From positions 62,001-126,000 of the forward strand of contig NW_027590137.1 in NCBI RefSeq assembly GCF_964213995.1: a DNA stretch of 64,000 nucleotides, in the 5' to 3' direction. The number at the start of each line of letters is the position of its first letter. Position 1 is the first letter of the stretch. Source of the DNA: Mustelus asterias (Eukaryota). This document shows, one piece after another, positions 38,800 through 51,585 of this stretch. A model generated the notes under the pieces. That model did no database searches and had not been told where the DNA came from. It saw only the letters and a program-made list of their open reading frames with translations. The position numbers and the translations under genes were made by a program.

Positions 38800-41700
38800 A
38801 CAACACACACATGACGGACATCCACATGCACGCACACAGAAACACACACCCAAACAAATACACACATGCAAAAACACAAATACACACAGACATAAATATA
38901 CTCAAAGAAAAACACAAACATGCACAAAGATTACACACATAAACAGACACAAATGCACGCATGCGCCTACACAAAAGCGAACACATGCATACTCACGGGC
39001 ACAAATATGTACACACACAAATATAGGCATACACACGAATACTCAAACTAAGAAATACGCGGATACATAAGCCTATACAAACAAGTACAAAAATAAACAC
39101 ATATATATCCATGTAAACATGCAAACACACGAACAATTACACACAAGTGCAAACTCATGTACACACAATTGCACACATTCACAAAAACATTAAGGCAGAC
39201 AGTCTGACACACAAGCACACACAAACAAATGCAGCGACACAAAGATACACACTTTCGTGCACACATACAAGCACGCACGTAAACACAGAAATACACATAG
39301 AAACACACACAGGTGCAGAATCACACACACGCAAACACACACACATGCACACACGAAAAACAAAATCGACACGTATTTACAAGCGCACACATGCACACAG
39401 ACACACACAAGCCCTGACATGGAAAGACGTTCGCAAATCGGTACATACATTATACATTCCTTACGCAAATGCTCATGTATACACACAAACAAACACTGAA
39501 ATCACAGAATCCTAGAAATGCACATCGAATACACACATGTGCATACAAGCATACAATTGTACACAGATACAAACACACAGACACAAAAACATGGCTACAC
39601 AAATAAACACGGAAACGCACACAAACACGTATACAGGCACACACAAACAAGCAGATGTAAACGCAAGCATATAAAATGCACACGAGCATAATCACCGAAG
39701 GACATGGAATGCAAATATAACCTTAATTAAAGAATATGGATTTAAAGATGCACACACTCAAACACAAACATAAACACATAGATGCACGTTAACAGAGTAC
39801 ACATGGAAACACAAATACATAGATCAACAGACGGCAAAATATTCAGAGACACAGGTGTAGATGCAAGCATTAACATGCCAATAGACAAGAGAACACAAAC
39901 GCACACATTAATACAAATGAGGACATTAACATACCCAGGTTAGGGCCGGTCAAGGACAGGAATGGTTGATGGACGTTCCGGGGTACAGATGTTTCACTAA
40001 GTGTAGGGAAGCTGGTAAAAGAGGTGGAGGAGTGGCATTGTTAATCAAAGATAGTTTAACGGCTGCGGAAAGGCACTTCGAGGGGGATCTGCACACTGAG
40101 GTAATATGGGCTGAGGTTAGAAATAGGAAAGGAGCGGTCACGTTGTTAGGAGTTTACTATAGGCCCCGAAATAGTAATAGAGATGTGGAGGAAGAAATTG
40201 CTAAGCAAATTATGGATATGTGTGGGGGTCACAGGGTAGTTGTCATGGGGGACTTTAACTTTCCAAATACTGATTGGAACCTTTGTAGGTCAAATAGTTC
40301 GGATGGGGCAGTTTTTGTGCAGTGTCTGCAGGAGGGTTTCCTGACACAATATGTGGATAGGCCGACAAGAGGTGAGGCCACATTGGATTTGGTACTGGGA
40401 AATGAACTGGGCCAAGTGTTAGATTTGGTTGTGGGAGAGCACTTTGGAGATAGTGACCACAATTCGGTGTATTTTGTTATTGCAATGGACAGGGATAGGG
40501 CCGTACGGCAGGGCAAGGTTTACAATTGGGGGAGAGGTCATTATGATGCGATTCGGCAAGAATTAGGGGGCATAAGTTGGGAACAGAAACTGTCAGAGAA
40601 AGGAACTAATGAAAAGTGGAACTTTTTCAAGGAACAAATACTGGATTTCCTTGATAGGTATGTCCCTGTCAGGCTGGGAGGAAATGACCGAGTGAGGGAA
40701 CCATGGTTCATGAAAGAGGTGGAATGTCTTATGAAAAGGAAGAGGGAAGCTTATGTAGGTATGAGAAAACAAGGTTCAGATGGCTCGATTGAGTTAGCAA
40801 GGAATGAGCTGAAAAAGGGGCTTAGGAGAGCGAGGAGGGGACACGAGAAGTCCTTGGCGGGTCGGATCAAGGAAAACCCGAAGGCTTTTTACTCTTATGT
40901 GAGGAATAAAAGGATGACCAGGGTGAGGTTAGGGCCAGTCAAGGACAGTAGTGGGAACTTGTGTATGGAGTCAGTAAAGATAGGCGAGGTGATGAATGAA
41001 TACTTTTCTTCAGTGTTCACCAAGGAGAGGGGCCATGTTTTTGAGGAAGAGAAGGTGTTACAGGCTAATAGGCTGGAGGAAATAGATGTTCGGAGGGAGG
41101 ATGTCCTGACAGTTTTGAATAAACTGAAGGTCGATAAGTCCCCTGGGCCTGATGAAATGTATCCTAGGATTCTTTGGGAGGCAAGGGATGAGATTGCAGA
41201 GCCGTTGGCTTTGATCTTTGGGTCCTCGCTGTCCACGGGGATGGTGCCAGAGGAATGGAGAATGGCGAATGTTGTTCCTCTGTTTAAGAAAGGGAATAGA
41301 AATGACCCTGGTAATTATAGACCGGTTAGTCTTACTTCGGTGGTTGGTAAATTGATGGAAAAGGTCCTTAGAGATGGGATTTACGACCATTTAGAAAGAT
41401 GTGGATTAATCCGGGATAGTCAGCACGGATTCGTGAAGGGCAAGTCGTGCCTCACAAATTTGATAGAATTTTTTGAGGAGGTAACTAAGTGTGTTGATGA
41501 AGGTAGGGCAGTTGATGTCATATACATGGATTTTAGTAAGGCGTTTGATAAGGTCCCCCATGGTCGGCTTATGATGAAGGTGAGGAGGTGTGGGATAGAG
41601 GGAAAGTTGGCCGATTGGATAGGTAACTGGCTGTCTGATCGAAGACAGAGGGTGGTGGTGGATGGAAAATTTTCGGATTGGAGGCAGGTTGCTAGCGGAG

Positions 41701-42734
41701 TGCCGCAGGGATCAGTGTTTGGTCCTCTGCTCTTTGTGATTTTTATTAATGACTTAGAGGAGGGGGCTGAAGGGTGGATCAGTAAATTTGCAGATGACAC
41801 CAAGATTGGTGGAGTAGTGGATGAGGTGGAGGGCTGTTGTAGGCTGCAAAGAGACATAGATAGGATGCAAAGCTGGGCTGAAAAATTGCAAATGGAGTTT
41901 AACCCTGATAAATGTGAGGTGATTCATTTTGGTAGGACTAATTTAAATGTGGATTACAGGGTCAAAGGTAGGGTTCTGAAGACTGTGGAGGAACAGAGAG
42001 ATCTTGGGGTTCATATCCACAGATTTCTAAAGGTTGCCACTCAAGTGGATAGAGCTGTGAAGAAGGCCTATAGTATGTTAGCTTTTATTAACAGGGGGTT
42101 GGAGTTTAAGAGCCGTGGGGTTATGCTGCAACTGTACAGGACCTTGGTGAGACCACATTTGGAATATTGTGTGCAGTTCTGGTCACCTCACTATAAGAAG
42201 GATGTGGAAGCACTGGAAAGAGTGCAGAGGAGATTTACCAGGATGCTGCCTGGTTTGGAGGGTAGGTCTTATGAGGACCGGTTGAGGGAGCCAGGGCTGT
42301 TCTCGCTGGAGTGGAGGAGGCTGAGGGGAGACTTAATAGAGGTTTATAAAATGATGAAGGGGATAGATAGAGTGAACGTTCAAAGACTACTTCCTTGGGT
42401 GGATGGAGCTATTACAAGGGGGCATAACTATAGGGTTCGTGGTGGGAGATACAGGAAGGATATCAGAGGTAGGTTCTTTACTCAGAGAGTGGTTGGGGTG
42501 TAGAATGGACTGCCTGCAGTGATAGTGGAGTCAGACACTTTAGGAACATTTAATCGGTTATTGGATAGGCACATGGAGCACACCAGGATGATAGGGAGTG
42601 GGATAGCTTGATCTTCGTTTCAGATAAAGCTCGGCACAACATCGTGTGCCGAAGGGCCTGTTCTGTGCTGTACTGTTCTATGTTCTATATATCAAATCAT
42701 GTTTATAAAGATCTAACAAAGCATAAAAACACAT

Positions 42735-42767
<33 letters not shown>

Positions 42768-43070
42768 AACAAACACTACTGCACTGACAGATAGGTGGAA
42801 GACCAAAAGCACATTAACAGATATATTAACAGGCATGAGCTCATAAACATTCAATAATATAGACATTACTAAATAAACAGCGACTTGAACACACAATAGA
42901 TCACTGGTATATACACATTGACAGAGAAACATAATTTACACACAGATACAGACGCATGAATTTACAAATTAACACACATTGGCACAGGGTCACACATTAA
43001 TACATACATACATGAACGCAAACAAGTAATAATGCACACATAAACAAACTCAAACACAAACACAAAAGTC
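38800..43070 (+). repeat. CA-rich low-complexity tract split by a CR1
   Basis: Composition at 38800-39935 and 42690-43070. Confidence 0.85.
39935..42688 (+). mobile_element. CR1 LINE, near-complete ORF2 (APE + RT), 5'-truncated, in the CH4-TM1 intron
   Basis: 845-aa ORF with GDFN, SDH, FADD; premature TAG at 42501; TTCTATG tail. Confidence 0.95.
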
Positions 43071-43613
43071 AGGCTTTTGATGGAAGTATAATTCAAGCTA
43101 CTTTTTTAAAAGACACATTCTCCAACAATTGTTTCAATAACAAAATAAGTCAACAAACACACTGAACAATATTCTCAATGAGAAACAGATTTAAGTGAAT
43201 AATGTAACAACTGTTTCCATCACAGATAAACAAACAAGATGGAAACTCACATTCGAGTTCTTAAATAGAAACATTCACAGTTTACAAATAATCAGATCAG
43301 AAATCTCCCTCGAAACACATCATGATATTCTCCAATAATAGGTAGGATGAAATCGTTGGAAAATGAACTGATACTGAAGAAAAGTTGCCATATTTTCCCA
43401 TACAGTCTGTACGAGGAATGTAAGAATGTATGAAAATAGTTACAGAGATCGGCTACTGAGTGTCACGAACTCAATAGTTGATAAATATGAAAATTCAATT
43501 GGAGATTGAATTAATAGCTTAGGAAAGAGAAATGAGAATATACAAAGTAGCATTTAGTTATGTTGGATAAATAAAGCAATCTAATTATATTTCCTCGGCT
43601 GTGACACCCATAG

Positions 43614-43741
43614 ATTCTACAGACAGCATCTGGATTGAAAACAGTAAGGATGACAACAGCAACATCAGGACCACCGCTTCCACATTCATAGCCCTGTTCT
43701 TCCTAAGCATTTTCTACAGCACGGCTGTCACTCTGGTGAAG
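43614..43741 (+). CDS. IGHM: IgM TM1 exon
   Basis: (D)STDSIWIENSKDDNSNIRTTASTFIALFFLSIFYSTAVTLVK; TTASTF and YS motifs; phase 1 in, phase 0 out. Confidence 0.93.
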
Positions 43742-43879
43742 GTGAGATGATACAATTCACCCTCATTTCAAACTGGTAGAACGGATTGGAAAAACCTCGA
43801 AATGTTTCAATGATTAAAAACTAACACTAATGCCCCGCATCATAAACATCTGCTTCATTATTGTATCTCTCTTTTACAG

Positions 43880-43888
43880 ATCAAGTGA
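43880..43888 (+). CDS. IGHM: IgM TM2 exon (IK*)
   Basis: CTTTTACAG|ATC AAG TGA gives a KIK cytoplasmic tail. Confidence 0.85.
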   Translation: MK

Positions 43889-44340
43889 TGGGTCGAATTT
43901 TGGATGCGGTCGATTTCCCTTCGCTGATTATTAAGAACTCCGTATGACTCAAATACAATATCTGCTCTCAGTGACTCTTAACAGTAAAATTCTCTCAATT
44001 TATCATTCCGCACCTCTAACTGAGACAAGCGTGGTCGGTATTTCAGTTTTCAATATGAAATGTACGAGGAATTTTTTTTGTAATGTAAACTGTATTGATA
44101 GTTTCCCTGTAGTTTAAATTTCATGTATGTATCAATGATTTTTCTCATTCCTTATTCACAATTGTTCATTTCCCGATATGTTTAGCTCCTATTTAATATT
44201 TCTTGTGTGTGTAACAGTTGTACATATATTGGACAGCTCGGAGCAGATGTGTTCTATGCTCAATGTGAAGCTAAATCGTCATGTTCACTTTTGTCAACTT
44301 TAAAAGCAACTCTTCTGTTCAACGTTCTCTGAAAATTTTA

Positions 44341-44346
44341 AATAAA
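44341..44346 (+). terminator. Candidate membrane-form poly(A) signal
   Basis: First clear AATAAA seen downstream of TM2. Confidence 0.55.
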
Positions 44347-45284
44347 TCTTGAATGAAAAATCAACCAATTCTGATTTTTCTTAACTCCTTTCGCCAAAGC
44401 TCATCGACACAGCTCCATTTTCCCGACTACACGTGAGCCCCTTTTCCCAGAAAGGCATTTTTCCCCAGTCCTGTCTGGGACGTGGCTGAACTCAAGGCTG
44501 TTCAGTGATAGAGTCTCTGCGCCACCCAGTGAATTATCTGTGAAGAGACACCTTCACGTCTGTCTTTTTTATGATAAACTCCAGAGACAGAACGATTGAA
44601 CAACGAGGAGAACCTCGGTGATTTGACACATGAACTGGTCGGTCACCTTCTCGTGTCAGGCAATTCTCAACAGCAAAGGCTCTGCTTCATCAGAGGCCGA
44701 TACAGCACAGTATATGGAAGAATAAATCTTCCTTTACACTGTCCCACCTAACACTGCAAAGATCGCACAGGGTATCAGAGTAAATCTCTCTCCCGATTGT
44801 CCGAGTCAGGTGAGTTATTCGCCACAGGATTCCCAGCCTCTGACCTGTTCTTGTAGCCACTGCACGAACTAATAAAATGTGCGCTGAGTCAAAATAGGAG
44901 CATCACGTTTCCTTCTCAGTGTGCAGTGGATTCTCAGCACTTCTATTTCATTTTTGTTCTGAATGCCTATTGAGGCATATGTAAGAGCTAATGCCATATG
45001 CGTGTGAAGTATTACATTCAAGTAATATTCGAGTGTTGATCTTCTGAGGGGAATGGTTAGTGGTTGGGTAGTCTTATAGTCTTTAGGCAGCAGTTTGAAT
45101 TCCACCACGGCAGGTTAACTCAGCAACTCAATTCAAGGGCAATTAGGGATGATTGCAAATGAATAAAGACAACCTCAATGATGGACCTTTTCCTCACAAG
45201 TAAACGCAAACGTTTGACAAAGTTTCTGCCTGAAACTTTTGAAATATCGGGCCAACATGCAACATCCGTCACGTACCTGCATGT

Positions 45285-45356
45285 GGGCCAGTGACGCAAT
45301 GGATAACGCGTCTGACTGCGGATCAGCAGTTCCAGGTTCGATTCCTGTTTGGCTCG
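45285..45356 (+). tRNA. tRNA-Arg(ACG)-derived probable pseudogene, anticodon reads GCG
   Basis: GGGCCAGTGACGCAATGGATAACGCGTCTGACTGCGGATCAG..GGTTCGATTCC..GGCTCG; mismatches in D, anticodon and T stems. Confidence 0.85.
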
Positions 45357-46063
45357 CTGCAAACCTTTAAAAGATGCTCACAATTTCCATGTTACTTTTG
45401 ATGAAAAATGTCTTCAATAGCTTTACACTTATTCAGATAAATGCTGACGAACATTTTTTCAGCTTCTCTGGAGAAATTAATGTTTGGAAACTATTCATGA
45501 ACAGAAACTGACTGTTTTAAGTTAAATTCTACGAAACAAAATTCATTTAATAAGATTCGGACATTAAATAAATGCTAAACTCAAATACGTTTTGGACAAA
45601 ATTCAACATGTTTTAGAGAATTTACACAATTTTGTAAAATTTGTGTCAAAAAATTCAGCATTCCTGATTTTTGAGAAAGCATTTGAGGCCGGGGTCAGAG
45701 CAAAGATAATATGTCATAACATCAAGATTCCGAAAATATTCAGCACCAAACTGAAATCATACAGACTTCACTCACCCGAGACATGTTTCAGATGGTGATT
45801 AACTATGTTAGTCTGCACCTATAAACCCATTAAATTCTGTTGTAGACTGAATGACTTGCTGATATGTGCACGGTGTCAAAATAGGAACGGTTCTTTCCTG
45901 TCATTGCATCACAAAAATTCAGCATTTCTTATTTGGCACAAACAATTTGAGGCCGAGGCCAGAACAAAGCTAAAATGGGTGTAACATCGAGATTCGGATA
46001 ATGTTCAGCAACTAACTGAAATCAGACAGATTTCCCTCACCCTACACGAGAAAACTAAATGAA

Positions 46064-46136
46064 TGTTTCGGCCTAGTTTCAAACAGGGGACTTTTAGCGT
46101 GTGAGGTGAACGTGACAATCAATCCACTCCACAAAC
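46064..46136 (-). pseudogene. tRNA-Val(CAC) pseudogene
   Basis: Reverse complement GTTTGTGGAGTGG..TCACGTTCACCTCACACGCTAAAAGTCCCCTGTTTGAAAC..GAAACA. Confidence 0.75.
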
Positions 46137-46186
46137 AAGTGGCAGAATGCCCGCCTCTGCCAATTGGCCTGACTACAATGCTTAAC

Positions 46187-47693
46187 ACAGTAAGAGTTTT
46201 AACAACACCAGGTTAAAGTCCAACAGGTTTATTTGGTAGCAAATGCCATTAGCTTTTGGAGCGCTGCTCCTTCATCAGATGGAGTGGAAATCTGCTCTCA
46301 AACAGGGCACAGAGACACAAAATCAAGTTACAGAATACTGATTAGAATGCGAATCTCTGCAGCCAACCAGGTCTTAAAGATACAGACAATGTGAGTGGAG
46401 GAAGCATTAAGCACAGATTAAAGAGATGTGTATTGTCTCCAGACAGGACAGCCAGCAAGTCCAGAAGGCAAGCTGTGGGGGTTACTGATAGTGTGACATA
46501 AACCCAACATCCCGGTTTAGGCCATCCTCATGTGTGCAGAACTTGGCTATCAGTTTCTGCTCAGCGACTCTACGCTGTCGTGTGTCATGAAGTCTGCCTT
46601 GGAGAAGTTCAGAGGCTGAATGCCCGTGGCGGCTGAAGTGCTCCCCAACAGGAAGAGAACAGTCTTGCCTGGTGATTGTCGAGCCCTGTTCACTCATCCG
46701 TTGTCGTAGCGTCTGCATGGTTTCCCCAATGTACCATGCCTCGGGACATCCTTTGCTGCAGCGTATCAGGCGGCACGGTAGCACAGTGGGCGGCACGGTA
46801 GCACAGTGGTTAGCACTGCTGCTTCACAGCTCCAGGGACATGGGTTCGATTCCCGGCTTGGGTCACTGTCTGTGTGGAGTTTGCACATTCTCCTCGTGTC
46901 TGCGTGGGTTTCCTCCGGGTGCTCCGGTTTCCTCCCACAGTCCAAAGATGTGCGGGTTAGGTTGATTGGCCGTGCTAAAATTGCCCCTTAGTGTCTTGAG
47001 ATGGGTAGGTTAGAGGGATTAGCGGGTAAATATGTAGGGATATGGGGGTAGGGCCTGGGTGGGATTGTGGTCGGTGCAGACTCGATGGGCCGAATGCCCT
47101 CTTTCTACACTGTAGGGTTTCTATGATTTCTATGACAACGTTGGCCGAGTCGCAAGAGTAGGTACCGTGTACCTGGTAGATGGTGTTCTCACGTGAGATG
47201 ATGGCATCCGTGTCGATGATCTGGCATGTCTTGCAGAGGTTGCTGTGGCAGGGTTGTGTGGTGTCATGGTCACTGTTCTCCTGAAAGCTGGGTAGTTTGC
47301 TGCGGACAATAGTCCATTTGAGGTTGTGTGGTTGTTTGAAGGCAAGAAGTGGGGGTGTGGGGATGGCCTTGGCAAGATGTTCGTCTTCATCAATGACATG
47401 TTGAAGGCTCCGGAGGAGATGCCGTAGCTTCTCCGCTCCGGGGAAGCACTTGACGACGAAGGGTACTCTGTCCACCGTGTCCCGTGTTTGTCTTCTGAGG
47501 AGGTCGGTGCGGTTTTTCGCTGTGGCGCGTCGGAACTGTCGATCGATGAGTTGAGCGCCATATCCTGTTCTTATGAGGGCATCTTTCAGTGGCTGGAGGT
47601 GTCTGTTGCAATCCTCCTCTGTTGGACTTTAACCTGGTGTTGTTAAAACTCCTACTGTGTTTACCCCAGTCCAACGCCGGCATCTCCACATCA
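46187..47693 (-). mobile_element. Penelope-like element: GIY-YIG domain, pseudo-LTR and inverted terminal piece
   Basis: ORFs 46975..47475 (CxxC linker) and 46482..46796 (WYIGET..LRQRM); 17-bp TSD-like TGACTA[C/G]AATGCTTAAC at 46170 and 47694. Confidence 0.9.
46769..47135 (+). mobile_element. Young full-length HE1 SINE nested in Penelope, 5' 20-mer duplicated
   Basis: GGCGGCACGGTAGCACAGTG x2, intact A/B boxes, (TTTCTATGA)n tail. Confidence 0.92.
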
Positions 47694-48329
47694 TGACTAG
47701 AATGCTTAACTCCATTGTGTTGCTGCAAGTTCGTATGGTGAGATTGAGAGCCCATGTCACTGAATAGAAAAACACATCCGTTACGTTCAACCTGATATCT
47801 CAACTTAATTTGTAGTTTAAAATTAAAAAGCTTTCGTCTGGCAAATGATTAAGGAAGCAAATATTTCTGCACAATCATTAATACTTAATTCTTATCTTCC
47901 TGCGAATAATTTCAACCAAATATACTCAGTATTTGTTTCATAGCTTTATAGATTGCCTACATGCTGAAAAGGCCATTCAGCCCAGCGAATCTGCAGCGAC
48001 GCCAGAGTCTCGTAATCAGGATTTTTCCCCTGTCCTATCCCCGTAACACGACTCATTTCCCATGTCTAATGCATCCAACACAAGGAGCAATTTAGCATGT
48101 CCATCCACCTAACCTGCACATCTTCATTCAACATTTAATATCAATACATTTATTTAATCTATATTTCCTAATTCTCAATTTAATATTTCTGGAACTGACG
48201 ATCAGTCTCTCTGCATTGTTCAGCTCCGCTCTGTTGCTGCACGTTCTAATGGCTAGACTGAGACTTCATGTACCTCAATGCGAGAAGACAATCGTTACAT
48301 TAAATGGTTGCCCTGTTTGTGAACCCAGC

Positions 48330-48465
48330 TCCCCATTCATCTGATGAAGGAGCAGCACTCCGAAAGCTCGTGCTACCAAATAAACCTTTTGCACTTTAAC
48401 CTGGTGTTGTGAGACTTCTTACTGTGCCCACCCCAGTCCAACGCCAGCATCTCAACATCATGGCT
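48330..48465 (+). mobile_element. Penelope pseudo-LTR fragment with hammerhead core; opposite-strand fragment at ~48752-48852
   Basis: CTGATGA-aGGAG..CTCC-GAAA-GCTC. Confidence 0.75.
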
Positions 48466-49109
48466 ACTTTCAACCTTATATGTCAACTTATCTAGAATTT
48501 CAAAATTGAAAAGCGTTCATCTGCAAATGACTAAAGGGACAGTGATTTCTGCTAATGCATAAATGCATCATTCTCATCTTCCGTAGAATAGTTTCAACCA
48601 ATTATATCCAGTTATTCAACATTAAATATCAACATAACACATTCTGTGTTGAATATCTCTGAAATACACAACATTGAAGCGTAAACATGCTTGTCCAACA
48701 AAAGAAATCGAGTCACTGGGCAATACACATGCAATGCTGCTTATTTGAGATGAGTAAGAAGTCTCACAACACCAGGTTAAAGTCCAACAGGTTTATTTGG
48801 TAGCAAATACCATCAGCTTTTGGAACACAGCTCCTTCGTCAGATGGAGTGGATATATTTGAGATTAACCAGTCAGCTTATTTTTTAACATCAAATATCTT
48901 TCAAGGGAAGAGATTTAAGAATGAGCTGTTAGTTATACATGATCCCTCTTTATTCTGGGAGTGAAACATTCTTGCGCCTAAATCTCGTTCATCTATGGAA
49001 GTGCAACAGATTCAGACTGATTCTCGATTTCCTCATCTGCCTGAGTGGTTTTTCCTATTTCTTTATTATGAAGAACAAGTTTTTAAAAATGTGCTTCTGG
49101 GAAATAAAA

Positions 49110-49860
49110 CCATAAAACTATAAGACATAGGAGCAGAATTAGGCCACTCGGCCAATAGAGTCTGCTCCGCCATTCAATCATGGCTGATAATTTTCTCATC
49201 TCCATTCTCCTGTCTTTTCCCCATAACCGCTGATTACCTTATTAATCAAGAAGCTATCTATCTCTGTCTTAAAGACACCCAATGACCTGGCCTCCACAGC
49301 CTTCTGTGGCAAAGAATTCCACAGATTCACCACTCTCTGGCTGAAGAAATTCCTCCTCATCTCAGTTTTAAAGGATCGTCCCTTTGGCCTGATGTTGTGC
49401 CCTCTGGTTCTAGGTTTTCCTACTAGTAGAAACATCCTCTCCACGTCCACTCTATCCATGCCTCGCAGTATCCTGTAAGTTTCAATATGATCCCCCCTCA
49501 TCCTTCTAAACTCCAACGAGTACAGACTCAGAGTCCACAACCGTTCCTCATACGACAAGCTCTTCATTCCAGGGATCATTCTTGTGAACCTCCTCTGGAC
49601 CCTTTCCAAGGCCAGCACATCCGTCCTTCGATATAGGGCCCAAAACTGCTCACAATCTTCAAATGGAGTCTGACCAGAGCCTTGTACAGCCTCAGAAGTG
49701 CATCCCTGCTCTTGTATTCTAGCCCTTTCGACATGAATGCGAACATTGCATTTGCCTTCCTAACTGCCAACTGAACCTGCATGTTAACTTTAAGAGAATC
49801 TTGAACAATGACTCCCAATACCCTTTGTGTTTCTGATTTCCTAAGCACTTTCCCATTTAG
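49110..49860 (-). mobile_element. CR1 3' fragment
   Basis: ORFs 49576..49848 and 49196..49618 (ERVQRRFTRM). Confidence 0.9.
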
Positions 49861-50746
49861 ATGTTACAACCATTTTATCTTTGCTCTGTACTCGGCCTCA
49901 AACCCTTTCTGTAAAATAAGAAATACTGATTTTGTTTGAGCCGCTGACAGAAAAGAAACTTTTCTATTTTGACAACGTGCACATATTAACATCTCATTCA
50001 GTCGACAACAGAATTTAATGGGTTTGTCGGTGCAGACTAACATGGTTAATCACCATCTGAACCATGTCTAATATTAGTGTGTGCTCAAAAAGACAGACAC
50101 AAATGATACTGTAAGTGAACTGGAGGAAATGGCGCACATTTCCCAGAAGAATCTTTTTTAAAAATCTTTCTTCAGAGCATAGAAATAGGAGAAACCGCTC
50201 AGACAGATGATGAAATCTAGACCCATTTTGGATCTACTGGACTTTCGCATAGATGGCCGAAATTTATGCGCCTGAATCTTTCACACCCATAAAAACAAAA
50301 TGCTCAAGTCTAACTAACGGATAGCACTAAAATCTCTTCAATTTGAAAATAGTTGACTGAGTTTAAAAGCTGACTATGGTCAATCGCAAATAAGCACCAT
50401 GGGATCTGTATTAGCCCATGACTCGATCCCTTCTGTTGGTCAGTTATGTTTGCAATATAGTGATCTTTAATTTCAAAGATGTTCAATTCATATGAGGACA
50501 CATGTGTCAAATAATGTATTGATGTTAAATATTGAATAACTAGTCAAGTACTGAGTAGAATTGGTTGAGATAATTCGAAGGAAGATGAGAATGATGCATT
50601 AATGATTGAGCAGAAATCATTCCTTCCTTAGATATTTGCCAGACGAACGCATTGAAATTTTGAAGTTCAAGATAAGTTGAGAAATAAGGTTGAAAGTAAC
50701 GGTTTTCTTCTTGAATTAAGAATGGGCTTAATTCAAGCTGTCAGCT

Positions 50747-50819
50747 GATTCTGTAGTGTAGTAGCTATTGCGTTTGCCTCAAATGTGAAAAGTTGCACTT
50801 TCGAAACCGAGTACAAACA
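50747..50819 (+). pseudogene. Highly decayed tRNA-Val relic
   Basis: GATTCTGTAGTGTAGTAGCTATTGCGTTTGCCTC..TTCGAAACCG..AAACA. Confidence 0.65.
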
Positions 50820-51061
50820 CTCTTGGATCCTTCTCATTAAGTGTGAGCGAAGCCTGCATGTGTCTGCTTTTGTTAGCACGCAATATTATGAGACATGTTT
50901 CAGATAGTGATTAAATAAGTTAGTCTGCATCTACAAATCCATTAAATTCTGCTGTGGCTGAACGGGTTGGAATATGTGCACAAACAATACAAGCATTTAG
51001 TTCCTGCCATTGCTTCCTAAAATACAGCATTTCAGAATGTCCTAAAAGGATTTGAGTTGAT

Positions 51062-51430
51062 GTCATAGAGTCAGAGTCATCGAGGTTTACAGCATGGAAA
51101 CAGGCCCTTCGGCCCAACTTTCCATGCCGCCCTTTTTTTTAAACCCCTAAGCTAATCCCAATTGCCCGCATTTGGCCCATAGCCCTCTATACCCATCTTA
51201 CCCATGTAAATATCTAAATGCTTTTTAAAAGATAAAATTGTACCCACCTCTACGACTACCTCTTGTAGTTTGTTCCAGACACTTACCACCCTCTGTGTGA
51301 AATAAATGCCCCTCTGGACACTTTTGTATCTCCCCCCCCCCCTCACTTTAAAACTGTGCCCTCTAGTTTTAGACTCCCCTACCTTTGGGAAAAGATATTG
51401 ACTATCTACCTTGTCTATGCCCCTCATTAT
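51062..51430 (-). mobile_element. CR1 3' fragment
   Basis: ORF 51152..51427 plus tail. Confidence 0.9.
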
Positions 51431-51585
51431 CTCTCCGGGGAAATTATAATGGGGAGCAAAGAAATGGCAGAAAAATTGAATAAGTGACAGCTTGATGGGG
51501 GGGGGGGGGTAGCATAGAACTCTAGTATCAGCCCTTCATTTTAGCATTACCATAATAAGTAGACTAGGTGAAGGTAATTATAAAG

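Noticed and set aside
38664-39695. Cys/Val-rich and His/Thr-rich ORFs
   Set aside because: Translations of (CA)n/(TG)n low-complexity DNA.
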